Shown one piece after another: positions 38,479-49,471 of a DNA stretch of 64,000 bases; positions within the stretch are counted from its first letter, which is position 1, and each line of letters opens with the position of its first letter. Where the stretch lies: assembly GCA_043803405.1 (NCBI GenBank), contig JAZDKB010000018.1:96001-160000 (forward strand), given 5' to 3'. The stretch comes from Spirochaetota bacterium. GTDB taxonomy: Bacteria; Spirochaetota; UBA4802; JAFGDQ01. A program made the translations under genes and the position numbers. Under the pieces are notes generated by a model. The model searched no databases and had not been told where the DNA came from. It worked only from the letters and a program-made list of their open reading frames with translations.

Positions 38479-39486
38479 ATGACAGCAAATAAAAAGCCGA
38501 TTATTGAAGAAATCCTGCCAAATTTTTACAGGGTCGAAATCCCGCTTCCCGATAATCCGTTAAGATCCATCAATTCTTATATGATAAAGTCTCCTGAACG
38601 GAATTTAATTATTGATACAGGAATGAACCGCAGCCTGTGCTTTAATGCAATCAGCGAAGCAGTAAGGGAGCTTGGAATAAACCTTAATAAAACTGATTTT
38701 TTTATTACACATTTTCATTTTGATCATATAGGCCTTGTAAGCAGGTTATTTTCCCCTAATTCTAAATGCTATTTCAACAGCCCTGAATCTTATGAGACAC
38801 GGTTTTTTACTTTAACAGACTGGGTCAACAAAGCAATGTCGCTGGCTTCTCTTCACGGATTTTTTGAAGCGTGGAGCAATGACATAAAAGCTGAGATAGC
38901 TATTGAAGAAGATCATTATCATATTATTTATCCTGAATTTACAATTGTAAAAGAAGGAGATATTATAAATGCCGGCGATTATTCTTTTAAGTGCATTGAG
39001 ACACCCGGACACAGCCTTTGCCATATATGCCTGTATGATGAATCGCGCAGGATACTGATTTCCGGCGACCATGTGCTGGGAGATATCAGCCCTAATATCT
39101 CTTCAAGATTAAACGATGAGGACCCGCTTATGGAATATTTGTCCAGCCTGGATAAAATCAGCGGACTTGATGTTACCTTGTGCCTTCCGGGCCACCGCAG
39201 CATAATTAAGAATTTCCACAGCAGAGTAAGCGAGCTTAAACAACATCACGAAGAAAGATTGAATGAGATACTTGATATTTTAAATACACAAAATCAGAAT
39301 ACTTACCAGATAGCATCTCAGATGAAATGGGACATGTCCTACGATACTATGGAGGAATTCCCTGTTTTCCAGAAATGGTTTGCTTTTTCCGAAGCCCTGT
39401 CGCACCTGCGATACCTGGAATCATTGAATAAAGTTATCCGGATTACATGCACGGATAAGCATATAATTTATTCAAAGAAGAATTAG
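38479..39486 (+). CDS. MBL-fold metallo-hydrolase with C-terminal winged helix
   Basis: THFHFDHIG, TPGHS, SGDHVL, LPGH. Confidence 0.9.
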   Translation: MTANKKPIIEEILPNFYRVEIPLPDNPLRSINSYMIKSPERNLIIDTGMNRSLCFNAISEAVRELGINLNKTDFFITHFHFDHIGLVSRLFSPNSKCYFNSPESYETRFFTLTDWVNKAMSLASLHGFFEAWSNDIKAEIAIEEDHYHIIYPEFTIVKEGDIINAGDYSFKCIETPGHSLCHICLYDESRRILISGDHVLGDISPNISSRLNDEDPLMEYLSSLDKISGLDVTLCLPGHRSIIKNFHSRVSELKQHHEERLNEILDILNTQNQNTYQIASQMKWDMSYDTMEEFPVFQKWFAFSEALSHLRYLESLNKVIRITCTDKHIIYSKKN

Positions 39487-39663
39487 AACTCATCTAAAAA
39501 GCACCGGCTGTTTTTTAGCTAAGCTGTAATTATTTTCCTCCGGATTCAGCACTTTTTTAAAATCCAGGACAATTAAAATCAATCCGATTATTACATTTTA
39601 TATAAAATTGCATTATACTTGACTTATGAACAAAAATGGTATATGGTATTAAACAAAATATTT

Positions 39664-39856
39664 AACCGGTTTCATGTATTAAACGCAGAGAGCGCGGATA
39701 ACCAAAAGGTAGCAGAAAAATTAAATATAGTATAAATAAAAATAAAGCTGATCGCATTTCCCTTATTTTTTTGCGAATCAATGATTGCTTTGCGTTCTCT
39801 GCGTTTAATAAAAAAACACAAGTATAATATTTCTGAATAAATTCCAAACGCGGTTC
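39664..39856. repeat. Nested inverted-repeat element (CGCAGAG type) upstream of glgP
   Basis: TATTAAACGCAGAGAGCGCG / TGCGTTCTCTGCGTTTAATA; outer AACCGGTTT / AAACGCGGTT. Confidence 0.7.
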
Positions 39857-39887
39857 TGCAGATAATAATTTCCCGGAGGAAAACATT

Positions 39888-42377
39888 ATGACGAAAAGTT
39901 CCGATAACAAAATAAAACTTACATCAAGACCGTATGAGTTATCAAATGATAATATTAGTTCCATCAGGGATTCATTTGCAAATCATCTGGAGTATTCACT
40001 GGCAAAAGATCAGTTTTCAGCTACAAAACATGACTGCTATAAAAGCCTTGCGTATGTTATGCGCGACAGGCTTGTAAGGCGCTGGATTGAAACCCAGCAG
40101 GCTTATTATAATTACGATTCCAAACGGGTATATTATCTTTCTCTGGAATTTTTAATGGGCAGGGCGCTCGGAAACAGTATGATTAATACCGGCTTGTACG
40201 AAAAGGCTTCGCATGCGTTTGCAGGGATGGAATATTCGCTGGAAGAGCTTCGCGATGCGGAATGGGATGCCGGTCTCGGCAATGGCGGCCTTGGCAGGCT
40301 CGCTGCCTGTTTTCTGGATTCAATGGCAACTCTGCAGCTACCGGCATACGGCTACGGTATTCGTTACGATTACGGCATCTTTTTTCAGCAGATTATGGAC
40401 GGCTACCAGGTCGAAATTCCGGATAACTGGCTCAGATACGGGAATCCCTGGGAATTTGAAAGGCCGGAATATCTGTACCCTGTAAAATTTTACGGGAATG
40501 TGAACCAGTATAACGACGAACATGGGAATCTGAGAAATGAGTGGGTAAATACCGAACAGGTTATGGCTATGGCATACGATACGCCGATTCCGGGATACAA
40601 AAACAATACGGTAAATTCTTTGAGACTGTGGTCTGCAAAATCAACGCGGGAATTTAACCTGGAATATTTCAATTACGGCGATTATAACAAAGCTGTTGAG
40701 GATAAAGCGGAATCGGAAGTAATATCAAAAGTGCTTTATCCGAATGATAATGTTTTTGAAGGAAAGGAACTGAGGCTTAAGCAGGAATATTTTTTTGTTT
40801 CTGCCAGCCTTCAGGATATTGTGCGTCGTTATAAAAAAGCTCATGATTCGTTTAATGAATTTTCAGATAAAGTCGCAATTCAGATGAATGATACTCACCC
40901 TTCTGTTGCAATAGCGGAGCTAATGCGGATTTTAGTGGACATCGAGAAACTTGACTGGGATGTTGCATGGGATATTACTAAAAATACATTCGGATATACA
41001 AATCATACAATTCTTCCCGAAGCTCTGGAGCAGTGGCCTGTTCATCTGTTTGACAGGGTTCTGCCAAGGCATCTGCAGATTATATATGAGATCAACAGGC
41101 GCTTCCTGGAAAAGATAAGCAGGACTTTCCCGGACGAGAGCGGACGGCTTTCAAGAATGTCGATCATAGAAGAAGGCCAGGAGAAAAAAGTACGCATGGC
41201 AAACCTGGCAATAATAGGAAGCCATTCGATCAATGGTGTCGCAGCTTTGCACAGCGAAATAATAAAAAATCAGGTCTTTCACGATTTTTATGAGCTGTGG
41301 CCGGAGAAATTTAACAATAAGACCAATGGCATAACACAGCGCAGATGGCTTAAACTCTGCAATCCGAAACTGGCGTCATTAATCGATTCCAAAATAGGTG
41401 ATCAATGGGTTACCGATCTTTACGAGTTGAAAAAACTGATCCCATTTGCCGACGATGTGGCTTTCCAGGAAGATTGGTGCAGAGTAAAAAGAGAGAATAA
41501 AATATTCCTCGCGGAATATATAAAGATACATACTGATGTAAAGGTTAATATTGATTCCATTTTTGACTGTCATGTAAAAAGAATACATGAATACAAGCGA
41601 CAGCTTCTGAATGTTCTTCATGTCATTACGCTATATAATCGTTTCGTGACAAACAGTTCAAAATCTGACGTGCCGCGAACAGTGATTTTCGGGGGAAAGG
41701 CTGCGCCCGGATACTATATGGCAAAGCTTATCATTAAGCTGATAAATTCGGTGGCACAGACTATCAATAATGATGCACGCGTGGGTGACAGGCTAAAAGT
41801 CGCGTTCCTAAGGAACTATTGCGTTTCAAACGCAGAGAAAATAATTCCTGCAGCCGATCTTTCCGAGCAGATTTCCACTGCGGGCACGGAAGCATCGGGC
41901 ACAGGCAATATGAAATTCGCTTTAAACGGAGCTCTTACGATCGGCACTCTTGACGGCGCAAATATTGAGATAAAAGAGGAAGTAGGCGACGAAAATATAT
42001 TCATCTTCGGACTTAACACTGAAGAAGTGAACGCAAAAAGATCTTCGGGATACAGATCGTGGGATTGTTATATTACTAATCCGGAGCTAAAGCTTGCGAT
42101 AGATATGATACAGGGCGGGTATTTTTCCGGCCATGACCGTGATCTCTTTAAGCCCATAACAAATTCTCTTCTGGATATGAACGATCATTATATGCTGCTT
42201 GCTGATTATGATTCATTCATTAAATGCCAGGAAAAAGTAAGCGAAACATATAAGAACGCGAAATTATGGACAAGGATGTCCATAATGAATACTGCCAGGA
42301 TGGGTAAATTTTCTACGGACAGGACTATTAAAGAATACGCAGATGATATCTGGGGCGTTAAGCCTGTCGAATTTTAA
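39888..42377 (+). CDS. glgP: Glycogen phosphorylase
   Basis: [37 protein letters not shown]. Confidence 0.98.
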   Translation: MTKSSDNKIKLTSRPYELSNDNISSIRDSFANHLEYSLAKDQFSATKHDCYKSLAYVMRDRLVRRWIETQQAYYNYDSKRVYYLSLEFLMGRALGNSMINTGLYEKASHAFAGMEYSLEELRDAEWDAGLGNGGLGRLAACFLDSMATLQLPAYGYGIRYDYGIFFQQIMDGYQVEIPDNWLRYGNPWEFERPEYLYPVKFYGNVNQYNDEHGNLRNEWVNTEQVMAMAYDTPIPGYKNNTVNSLRLWSAKSTREFNLEYFNYGDYNKAVEDKAESEVISKVLYPNDNVFEGKELRLKQEYFFVSASLQDIVRRYKKAHDSFNEFSDKVAIQMNDTHPSVAIAELMRILVDIEKLDWDVAWDITKNTFGYTNHTILPEALEQWPVHLFDRVLPRHLQIIYEINRRFLEKISRTFPDESGRLSRMSIIEEGQEKKVRMANLAIIGSHSINGVAALHSEIIKNQVFHDFYELWPEKFNNKTNGITQRRWLKLCNPKLASLIDSKIGDQWVTDLYELKKLIPFADDVAFQEDWCRVKRENKIFLAEYIKIHTDVKVNIDSIFDCHVKRIHEYKRQLLNVLHVITLYNRFVTNSSKSDVPRTVIFGGKAAPGYYMAKLIIKLINSVAQTINNDARVGDRLKVAFLRNYCVSNAEKIIPAADLSEQISTAGTEASGTGNMKFALNGALTIGTLDGANIEIKEEVGDENIFIFGLNTEEVNAKRSSGYRSWDCYITNPELKLAIDMIQGGYFSGHDRDLFKPITNSLLDMNDHYMLLADYDSFIKCQEKVSETYKNAKLWTRMSIMNTARMGKFSTDRTIKEYADDIWGVKPVEF

Positions 42378-42391
42378 TTTTATATAACATA

Positions 42392-43309
42392 ATGAATTTT
42401 TTTAGATCCGTTAAACTCTCTGTTGGGCTGATAAGTTATTTAATTATATTTTTTATTGCCGCAACTTTGATTCCTCAGAATGAAAATATAAATTTTTATA
42501 CTGATTATTACGGTCCGTTTGCAGGAAATATAATATTATTTTTAAGGCTGAATGATTTTTCCCGTTCAGCTTTTTTTTTAGTCCCAGGATTTGTTTTTTT
42601 TATAAATCTTCTTTTTTGCAGCATTCACAGATTCTCTTCCCGTATTAAGAAAAAGCTTCCATTGCGCCCTGGCCCGGATATTATCCATTTAGGAATAATG
42701 ATCCTCTTTATAGGAGGTTTTCTTTCTTCCGCAGCGAGACAGGAAAAAATGTTCTTTCTTATGAAGGGTGAAAAGCTGAATATTACAGACAGTTTTGACC
42801 TTGTACTGGAACAATTTAACTTTGAGAAATATGCGGATGGAAGGCCTAAAAGCTGGATAAGTACAGTTATAATTAAAAATATAGAAGGGAAGCAAAACAG
42901 GTATTCCATTGAAGTCAACAAACCGCTAAAAATAGAAAAATACGCTTTTTTTCAGGAATCATATTCTGGTTTTGAAGCCTTAATCTTTAAAAATAGTCGG
43001 GGTAAATCGTTCACGATTAAAAATAAGGAAAGCTTAAAAACATCTGCAAAACATATTTACTTTCAGCAAATTAAAAACAGGGAAGCTCTTGTAACAGTCT
43101 GGGATAACAGCAGGGATATTGAAACAAAACTTATAAAAGCCGGTGACCGCATAGATGATTTGACTTTAACTGAAATATCCGCCGGATATTTGTCCGGCTT
43201 AAAAGCAGTATATGATCCGGGTACTAAATTCGCAATACTGTCTTTCATAGTTATTTGCTGCGGCCTGTTTGTTACTTTCTATCAGAAAAGAGGAGAACTA
43301 AAACAGTAA
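42392..43309 (+). CDS. resB: Cytochrome c biogenesis ResB/CcsB-like protein
   Basis: ATLIPQ, IIHLG, IEVNKPL, FQESY, DPG; coupled to ccsA. Confidence 0.82.
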   Translation: MNFFRSVKLSVGLISYLIIFFIAATLIPQNENINFYTDYYGPFAGNIILFLRLNDFSRSAFFLVPGFVFFINLLFCSIHRFSSRIKKKLPLRPGPDIIHLGIMILFIGGFLSSAARQEKMFFLMKGEKLNITDSFDLVLEQFNFEKYADGRPKSWISTVIIKNIEGKQNRYSIEVNKPLKIEKYAFFQESYSGFEALIFKNSRGKSFTIKNKESLKTSAKHIYFQQIKNREALVTVWDNSRDIETKLIKAGDRIDDLTLTEISAGYLSGLKAVYDPGTKFAILSFIVICCGLFVTFYQKRGELKQ

Positions 43310-44088
43310 TGGCTACAGCTAGTTTTTTTCTTCAGGTTATTCTGCTTTTTGTTCAGATATTTTTTATTATCACAAAAAGAAATATCAATTTTATTATCTA
43401 TTATTTTTTTCTTGCTTCTTCGCTGCTTCTGCTAAGTGAGACAATTTACAGAAGCATTAAGATATCCTTTGTAGCAGTAACCGGAATGTTCGAGGCTTTA
43501 ATTCTGTTTTCCGCGCTTATTAATCTGATAATATTTTTTTATTTAAAATGGCAGAAAGAGAATGCTCTTACGCATATCGTTTTCGGGTGCACTTTCGTCA
43601 GCATCATCCTGCTTTCTCTGGCATCGTCACCGTTAATACCGAAAGATATGCTTCCCCCGATTCCCACACTTCGTTCTAACTGGCTTGTGCTGCATGTTGC
43701 CTTTACATTTGTTGGCGAAGCATTTTTTACGCTGGCATTTTTTTCCGGCATATTATTTTTACTAAGCAAAAACGAAGAAAGAAAACATAACCTTGACAGG
43801 CTTACATATACGTTTATAGGGATCGGGTATCCGGTTTACACTGCCGGAGCTCTCGCCTTCGGGGCAATATGGGCATATTACGCATGGGGAAATTACTGGT
43901 CGTGGGATCCCAAGGAAACATGGGCTCTGATTACCTGGCTGGTGTATACGCTTTATCTTCATTTCAGGATAATCAGAAATCAGAAGGGAAAAATTACTGC
44001 TATGCTTGCAGTAGCTGGATATATTTCCACTATGTTTACCTTTTTCGGAGTAAACTTTCTGCTTTCAGGACTGCACAGTTATAGATAA
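43309..44088 (+). CDS. ccsA: Cytochrome c biogenesis protein CcsA/ResC
   Basis: GAIWAYYAWGNYWSWDPKETW (WWD domain), GLHSY. Confidence 0.95.
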   Translation: MATASFFLQVILLFVQIFFIITKRNINFIIYYFFLASSLLLLSETIYRSIKISFVAVTGMFEALILFSALINLIIFFYLKWQKENALTHIVFGCTFVSIILLSLASSPLIPKDMLPPIPTLRSNWLVLHVAFTFVGEAFFTLAFFSGILFLLSKNEERKHNLDRLTYTFIGIGYPVYTAGALAFGAIWAYYAWGNYWSWDPKETWALITWLVYTLYLHFRIIRNQKGKITAMLAVAGYISTMFTFFGVNFLLSGLHSYR

Positions 44089-44152
44089 TTATCTGCCGGT
44101 TATGCTGCATACAATGCCGGATAATTTTGTGGCCGGTTGTCTCAGTGGAATT

Positions 44153-44245
44153 TTATTTCAGTATCTTCCTCAATATTATACTTTTGAAAAAACGCCTGAT
44201 AATATCCAGGAATTCCTGAGCACCAACCTGAGGCCATTTAATAAG
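44153..44245 (-). pseudogene. Orphan 3' copy of the 46921-48309 CoA-ligase gene
   Basis: Encodes the identical last 30 aa (LIKWPQVG..RKILK*) with 8 nt changes, all synonymous. Confidence 0.92.
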
Positions 44246-44504
44246 ATTACCTCACAAACAAATTTTATTTAATTTCTCTCCTTCCGCTATTTTAGTTTCA
44301 TCTTTGCGTAATAAACACCTTTTTGCGGTTCTAAGCTTATTTATTTTATAAATCGCTTCAATTGATTAATCCGACAAACTGATCGATCAAACACATAATT
44401 TTATGTGGATTTTTATTGACGAAATAACTTAATAGTAAAATATCCTTGACTTAATGTTAATATTTAAAATAATTTTTTCTAAAAACTCCATATTATTCTT
44501 AATC

Positions 44505-45011
44505 ATGAAAAATATAAAAATAATTATTTTACTTTCATTGCTTTTCAGTGTAGCTAACGCACAAACTTTAGAAAATAAAAAAATTCCCGACTTCCCTGTT
44601 TTTGATGTTTACGACAATAGACATTCAATTTTAGACCTTTTAAAAGACCTGCCGGACAAAGGATACCTTATTCTTAATTTCACTTCAATGTTTTGCAAGC
44701 CGTGTAAAAAAGAAATCCCGGAATTAATGAACATAAGCGATAAATTTAAAAACAGAATAAAAATTATTTATATTTATTCTGAAATCAACAACAAGGAAGT
44801 AATTAATGACGCTTTAAAACTGGGCATTAAAAATAATGAATTAATCAACGTATGCACTGATCTTTTTTCTACAATAAAAAAGGAGCAGAATGTTAAAAGC
44901 GTACCTTATACAATACTGATTTCAAAAAACGGTGATGTCCTTAACCGTATCGAAGGATATACGGAAAAAAATATTAAAATAATTTATTCACTTTTGGAGG
45001 CAACCAAATGA
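44505..45011 (+). CDS. TlpA-like exported thioredoxin
   Basis: Signal peptide; LNF..FCKPCKKEIP; VP.T cis-Pro. Confidence 0.85.
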   Translation: MKNIKIIILLSLLFSVANAQTLENKKIPDFPVFDVYDNRHSILDLLKDLPDKGYLILNFTSMFCKPCKKEIPELMNISDKFKNRIKIIYIYSEINNKEVINDALKLGIKNNELINVCTDLFSTIKKEQNVKSVPYTILISKNGDVLNRIEGYTEKNIKIIYSLLEATK

Positions 45012-46861
45012 GACTGGCGTGTGTATTTCGTGTATCCAAGCTTGTCGTTTTAATTGTTATATTATTTATTAATAATTCATTCGCTCAGAATGAAAAGAAG
45101 CTTAGTATATTTGTTCAGAATATTGATGTTAAAGATGTGCCTCAAAAGTATTCGGAACTTGCTATTGATTCAATTAAAACTGCAATTACCGAACAATACG
45201 GCCAGAAATATACCATGGCCGACAAGGAGTCGCTGGCATCCACAATGTCCAATGAAGAATTAAAACAGGCTTATGGATGCGATGATGAAAAATGCAGACA
45301 AAAAATAGCCGAACAGCTGCGGACTGATTTTACAATAACAGGGAAGATATATCGGGATGCTAATCAAGACATGTTTAGAATAGCCCTTAATTTAAATGAT
45401 AAAAGCGGCAAAACAATCAGGATAAACTACGCGAAATGCCATAGCAATCAAGTAGAATATTACAGCAAAGAATTAACAAAATCACTTTTCAATCCGCAAT
45501 ATAAAGTGCGGGAAGCCGGAATCGGCGATATAAGTTCTGAAGGAATTATTGTAGGAACACTTAAAATGCAAAAGGTTAAAGATCTGGATATCTCAATAAT
45601 GAAATTTACTACAACAGACAGATTTATAAATGATATACTTCCGATGATAAAAGATGGCATAAGGAAAGGTGATGAAAGATATGAGTTAAAAGACTATAAT
45701 AATGCGTTAGAAAACTATAATAAAACTTTAAATACTGTGACAAATGATATTCCTCCGGATAAAGTAACGAAAGATATTGAAATTCTTAAAGAGAAAATTC
45801 AGCAAAGAATCGGAACTGTTATTTATGCCCAATTTGCCGCAAGAGTGGAAGAAACAGACAGAAAGGTAAATGCAGCGCCTTCACCGAAATTAGATCAGAT
45901 GGAGAAGTTTAAAGAATTATATTCAATTATTTTGCATGATTTAAATCGAACAGAATTAGCTTATAAAACAAATAATATAAATATCCTTATTAATCAGGTC
46001 AACAACCGCCATGATTTAATAGCAGCAAGCATTGTAAATCATTATTCTGCACTTGGCGCCGCTTCCTATAACAGTCAGAAGTTTACTGAAGCCATTGCCT
46101 ATTACAATAAGGCTATTGCATCAAGTGTATATTTTATCGATCAAAAAAAGACAAAAACATCGACTACACAACTGAACCGAAAAATAGAAATTGTCAATAA
46201 AGCGGGACAGGACTTTCTTGCCAACCGCGTCTACTATTTCATTGATTCAGCCTTAACCTTTAATGTTTTTAAAAATTATGATAAAATGAAAAGCACAATG
46301 GCAGATGCTGCGATGCTGATTAAAGAAAATGAGGCTTACAGCACCGGGGATTTAATTGTGTATTATAACGGCAAAGCCGATTTTTTAAATCAGCCAAAAT
46401 ATACTTCTAGCGAGGAGTTAAACAGGAAAAGGATACAAAATGAACAACTGAGAATAAGCCAACAAAAAAGAAAAGATGCAATAGAAGCAAATAAAAAGTC
46501 GTATGGCCTAGCTTTTTTTTATTCAATATTACCTGTCACAAGCGGCATGGCGTATGGTTTGGATAATAACGGGATAGGAATTATTCCATGTGTTCTAAAA
46601 ATAACCGGCTTATTAGTATGTATAGCAAAACCAGCAGTCGGTCTTACCATATATGGAGTTGGAGCGGCTGCGGATTTAGTAGGAGGGATTAATTTTGTCT
46701 CTTTCTATAATAAAAAATTTGCATACAATGGATTTATACAAGATAGTGTAAGTCTAAATATTGAACCTATTTTATTTTCAAATTATCAACCAAGAGATGA
46801 GAAAAGTTTAACTATGAATAGGCTTGATGGGCTGAGATGTTCAGTGATATATCATTTTTAA
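45008..46861 (+). CDS. Exported helical/TPR-like protein with C-terminal hydrophobic segments
   Basis: Signal peptide; GCDDEKC..IA..L..D..ITG N-terminal domain; TPR-like helices. Confidence 0.7.
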   Translation: MRLACVFRVSKLVVLIVILFINNSFAQNEKKLSIFVQNIDVKDVPQKYSELAIDSIKTAITEQYGQKYTMADKESLASTMSNEELKQAYGCDDEKCRQKIAEQLRTDFTITGKIYRDANQDMFRIALNLNDKSGKTIRINYAKCHSNQVEYYSKELTKSLFNPQYKVREAGIGDISSEGIIVGTLKMQKVKDLDISIMKFTTTDRFINDILPMIKDGIRKGDERYELKDYNNALENYNKTLNTVTNDIPPDKVTKDIEILKEKIQQRIGTVIYAQFAARVEETDRKVNAAPSPKLDQMEKFKELYSIILHDLNRTELAYKTNNINILINQVNNRHDLIAASIVNHYSALGAASYNSQKFTEAIAYYNKAIASSVYFIDQKKTKTSTTQLNRKIEIVNKAGQDFLANRVYYFIDSALTFNVFKNYDKMKSTMADAAMLIKENEAYSTGDLIVYYNGKADFLNQPKYTSSEELNRKRIQNEQLRISQQKRKDAIEANKKSYGLAFFYSILPVTSGMAYGLDNNGIGIIPCVLKITGLLVCIAKPAVGLTIYGVGAAADLVGGINFVSFYNKKFAYNGFIQDSVSLNIEPILFSNYQPRDEKSLTMNRLDGLRCSVIYHF

Positions 46862-46920
46862 AAAATATTAACACTTTATTAAGGTAATAATATTTATTAG
46901 TTGAAAGCATACCAATGCTT

Positions 46921-48309
46921 TTATTTTAAAATCTTCCTCAATATTATACTTTTGAAAAAACGCCTTATTATATCCAGGAATTCCTGAGCACCCACCTGAG
47001 GCCATTTGATGAGTGCTTCTGTAAGGTTTGAGCATTTGATAGGCTCAGTACGCCAGTCCGATATCAGGACCGGCTTATAGACTTCCGGAGAGCGCAGCAG
47101 AAAACCGGCATCCAATAACTCGCCTTTTGCGCAAATGTGTACTTTAATTGGGACACCCAGTTTTTCATTAAGCGCTTTTAATGTACTATCATCAGGTTTA
47201 TTTTTATTATTATGTGTCTCAACGCGTATATGCAGCCTTTTTCCTGTCACTATAACGAAGTATACGGCGCTGTCAAATTGCTTTGCAAATTCAAGAATTG
47301 ACTGTTCCAGGTTATACGAATATATCTTTTTGCCGTTCAGATTTATTTCATCATCCATTCTGCCTAGAATTTCAATTACCGGGGCCGGATCGCCGCACGC
47401 ACATTTTCCCGGGACGATTCTGCACATATCTCTAGTGTAAAAACGGAAAAGCGGGGCTGCTTCCCTGTAATATGAAGTAACTGTAAGCACTCCGGAATCC
47501 CCGGCCTTTACAGGCTCTTTTGTCTCCGGATCAAGTATTTCTATTATAAAAGAGTCCCTGTGAAGATGATGATTCCCCTTTTTGCATGTTGAAGCAATGC
47601 CGCCGGTTTCCGTGCTCCCGTAAACCGACCTTACAGCAACGTTCCACTTGTTCTCGATGTATTCTTTAAGCGCAGGCGGTACAACGGCTCCGGACATTAA
47701 AGCGAGCTTGATTGATCCAAGGTCTTTTTTCAGGTCATATCCGCATTTATCCGCAACCATTTCCAGCATAATAAGCTCATTTGGCAGGCACCCGATTGCT
47801 TCAACCTTAAGCCGTTTGATTATTTCCAGTGTCCGCTGATAAGTGACGTTCCAGCTGAGGTAGCCTGCAGGCACTATTATACCTCCAGTCTGTCTGGTTC
47901 TTATCTCGAGTACAAACGGGGGGACTGCGAAAGAATAAGGAAACCTGTTAAGCACAAGCATGCCTTTTTTTATTTCGGATGTCCATCTGCTGGTCATTGT
48001 TGCTTCACGTTCATAATCGTCAACAGTAAACCAAGACGCAACCGGAGCGCCGGTAGTACCGAAAGATTCGTGGTAATGCCACGCTTCCGATCTTGGTACG
48101 GCAAGCGTATCTTCGGGAGCAAGCCCGCGCAGATCTTCCTTTAAAGTTAGCGGGAGCTTAAAGAAATCCTCCCATGAGTTCAGCTTGAGTCCCGCGTATT
48201 TCTTTTTGTAAAGGCCGTTTTTGCTGGCTTTACTGAATAATTTCTGGATTGACGGCAGAGAAGCCAGCCTGCCGTCAGCTGTGTTGCTGGTCATATTTTT
48301 TGTTTTCAT
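46921..48309 (-). CDS. Phenylacetate-CoA ligase-like adenylate-forming enzyme
   Basis: HESFGTTG, YGSTE, RFYTRD, ILGRMDD. Confidence 0.85.
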   Translation of the reverse strand: MKTKNMTSNTADGRLASLPSIQKLFSKASKNGLYKKKYAGLKLNSWEDFFKLPLTLKEDLRGLAPEDTLAVPRSEAWHYHESFGTTGAPVASWFTVDDYEREATMTSRWTSEIKKGMLVLNRFPYSFAVPPFVLEIRTRQTGGIIVPAGYLSWNVTYQRTLEIIKRLKVEAIGCLPNELIMLEMVADKCGYDLKKDLGSIKLALMSGAVVPPALKEYIENKWNVAVRSVYGSTETGGIASTCKKGNHHLHRDSFIIEILDPETKEPVKAGDSGVLTVTSYYREAAPLFRFYTRDMCRIVPGKCACGDPAPVIEILGRMDDEINLNGKKIYSYNLEQSILEFAKQFDSAVYFVIVTGKRLHIRVETHNNKNKPDDSTLKALNEKLGVPIKVHICAKGELLDAGFLLRSPEVYKPVLISDWRTEPIKCSNLTEALIKWPQVGAQEFLDIIRRFFKSIILRKILK

Positions 48310-48388
48310 AAGTTCCGCACCGGATTTTTATATTTTTAAAAACAATAAACCATATATTTTTAACAATTTATTGAATTACAGAATTAGT

Positions 48389-48772
48389 TTAATCGTTTCG
48401 TGTTTTATTATCGCCTGTCAGTTTCTCAACTGCCATTCTTGCTGCCCACCGTAAAATAATATAAGTATAATGCGCGCCTGCTAAATACATCCCTGCCCAG
48501 AAAACCAGGTGAGACAGGCCATAAGCTACCGGCCCTCCTATAATTAGAAGAAGCGGCTCACTTTCGGAAATCGATATTACGCCAAGAGCTATCACCAGAG
48601 GCCAGCCGATCACGTAACTGAATAATATCAGAAATAATCCGATAAAATTTTTTATAATTGTCCGTTTTTCGGGTATAATTTTTAAGTTGCTTAAATCGGC
48701 TTTCTCCTGTACCGCTTTATAAACAAAAGGAATTTTTAAAAGCCTTTCCGCTATTTTTCTTTTGAATTTCAT
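48389..48772 (-). CDS. Hypothetical membrane protein
   Basis: Two to three hydrophobic segments. Confidence 0.7.
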   Translation of the reverse strand: MKFKRKIAERLLKIPFVYKAVQEKADLSNLKIIPEKRTIIKNFIGLFLILFSYVIGWPLVIALGVISISESEPLLLIIGGPVAYGLSHLVFWAGMYLAGAHYTYIILRWAARMAVEKLTGDNKTRND

Positions 48773-49031
48773 GAAAATAGATTATGCCGGTAAAAAAATA
48801 TAAGAATAATTTGACTATCAAATAAGCAGTAATACTTTTAATGCAATCGATTTTTATTTATTCCGTTTAATGTGTTTGGGAACAATTTAAAATATTGACA
48901 AAAGAAATATAATCGCTTAACAGGCAAATATGTATTGAATATCTTTTTTAAAGATATTATTATTGAATATATTTTGAGTTCAAAGCTAAAGATAAAAAAT
49001 AATGCTATTTTAACCAGGTAAAATAAAAATT

Positions 49032-49253
49032 ATGAACTATTATTATAAAATAATTATTGAACCACAGGAAGAGGGTGGGTATACGGCATATGTTCCGAAA
49101 CTGCCGGGATGTGTATCTGAAGGGGATACATATGATGAAACGCTGGCTAATATTAAAGAGGCGATAGAATTATATTTAGAAACATTAAAAGAAAAGGATA
49201 AAATTATCAAAACCGATGATACACATATTTCGGAAGTTTGCGTTTCCTTATGA
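49032..49253 (+). CDS. hicB: HicB antitoxin
   Basis: EEGGYTAYVPKLPGCVSEGDT..EAIELYLE. Confidence 0.92.
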   Translation: MNYYYKIIIEPQEEGGYTAYVPKLPGCVSEGDTYDETLANIKEAIELYLETLKEKDKIIKTDDTHISEVCVSL

Positions 49254-49468
49254 GCAAAGAAATACCCTCTCTTAAACCTAAAGATGTAATCAAAATTCTG
49301 TCAAAACTCGGATTCAAATTTCATCGCCCAAAAGGCAGTCATAAAATTTATACAAAAGACGAATTTTTAGTTATTGTACCTGATCATAATAAAGATTTAA
49401 AAAAAGGAACTCTTGTCAACATTGCAAAGGGTACCGGCTTATCACTTGAAGAGTTCTTTAAATATTAA
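49250..49468 (+). CDS. hicA: HicA toxin
   Basis: LGF..KGSH..VPDH.KDLKKGTL. Confidence 0.9.
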   Translation: MSKEIPSLKPKDVIKILSKLGFKFHRPKGSHKIYTKDEFLVIVPDHNKDLKKGTLVNIAKGTGLSLEEFFKY

Positions 49469-49471
49469 TAA

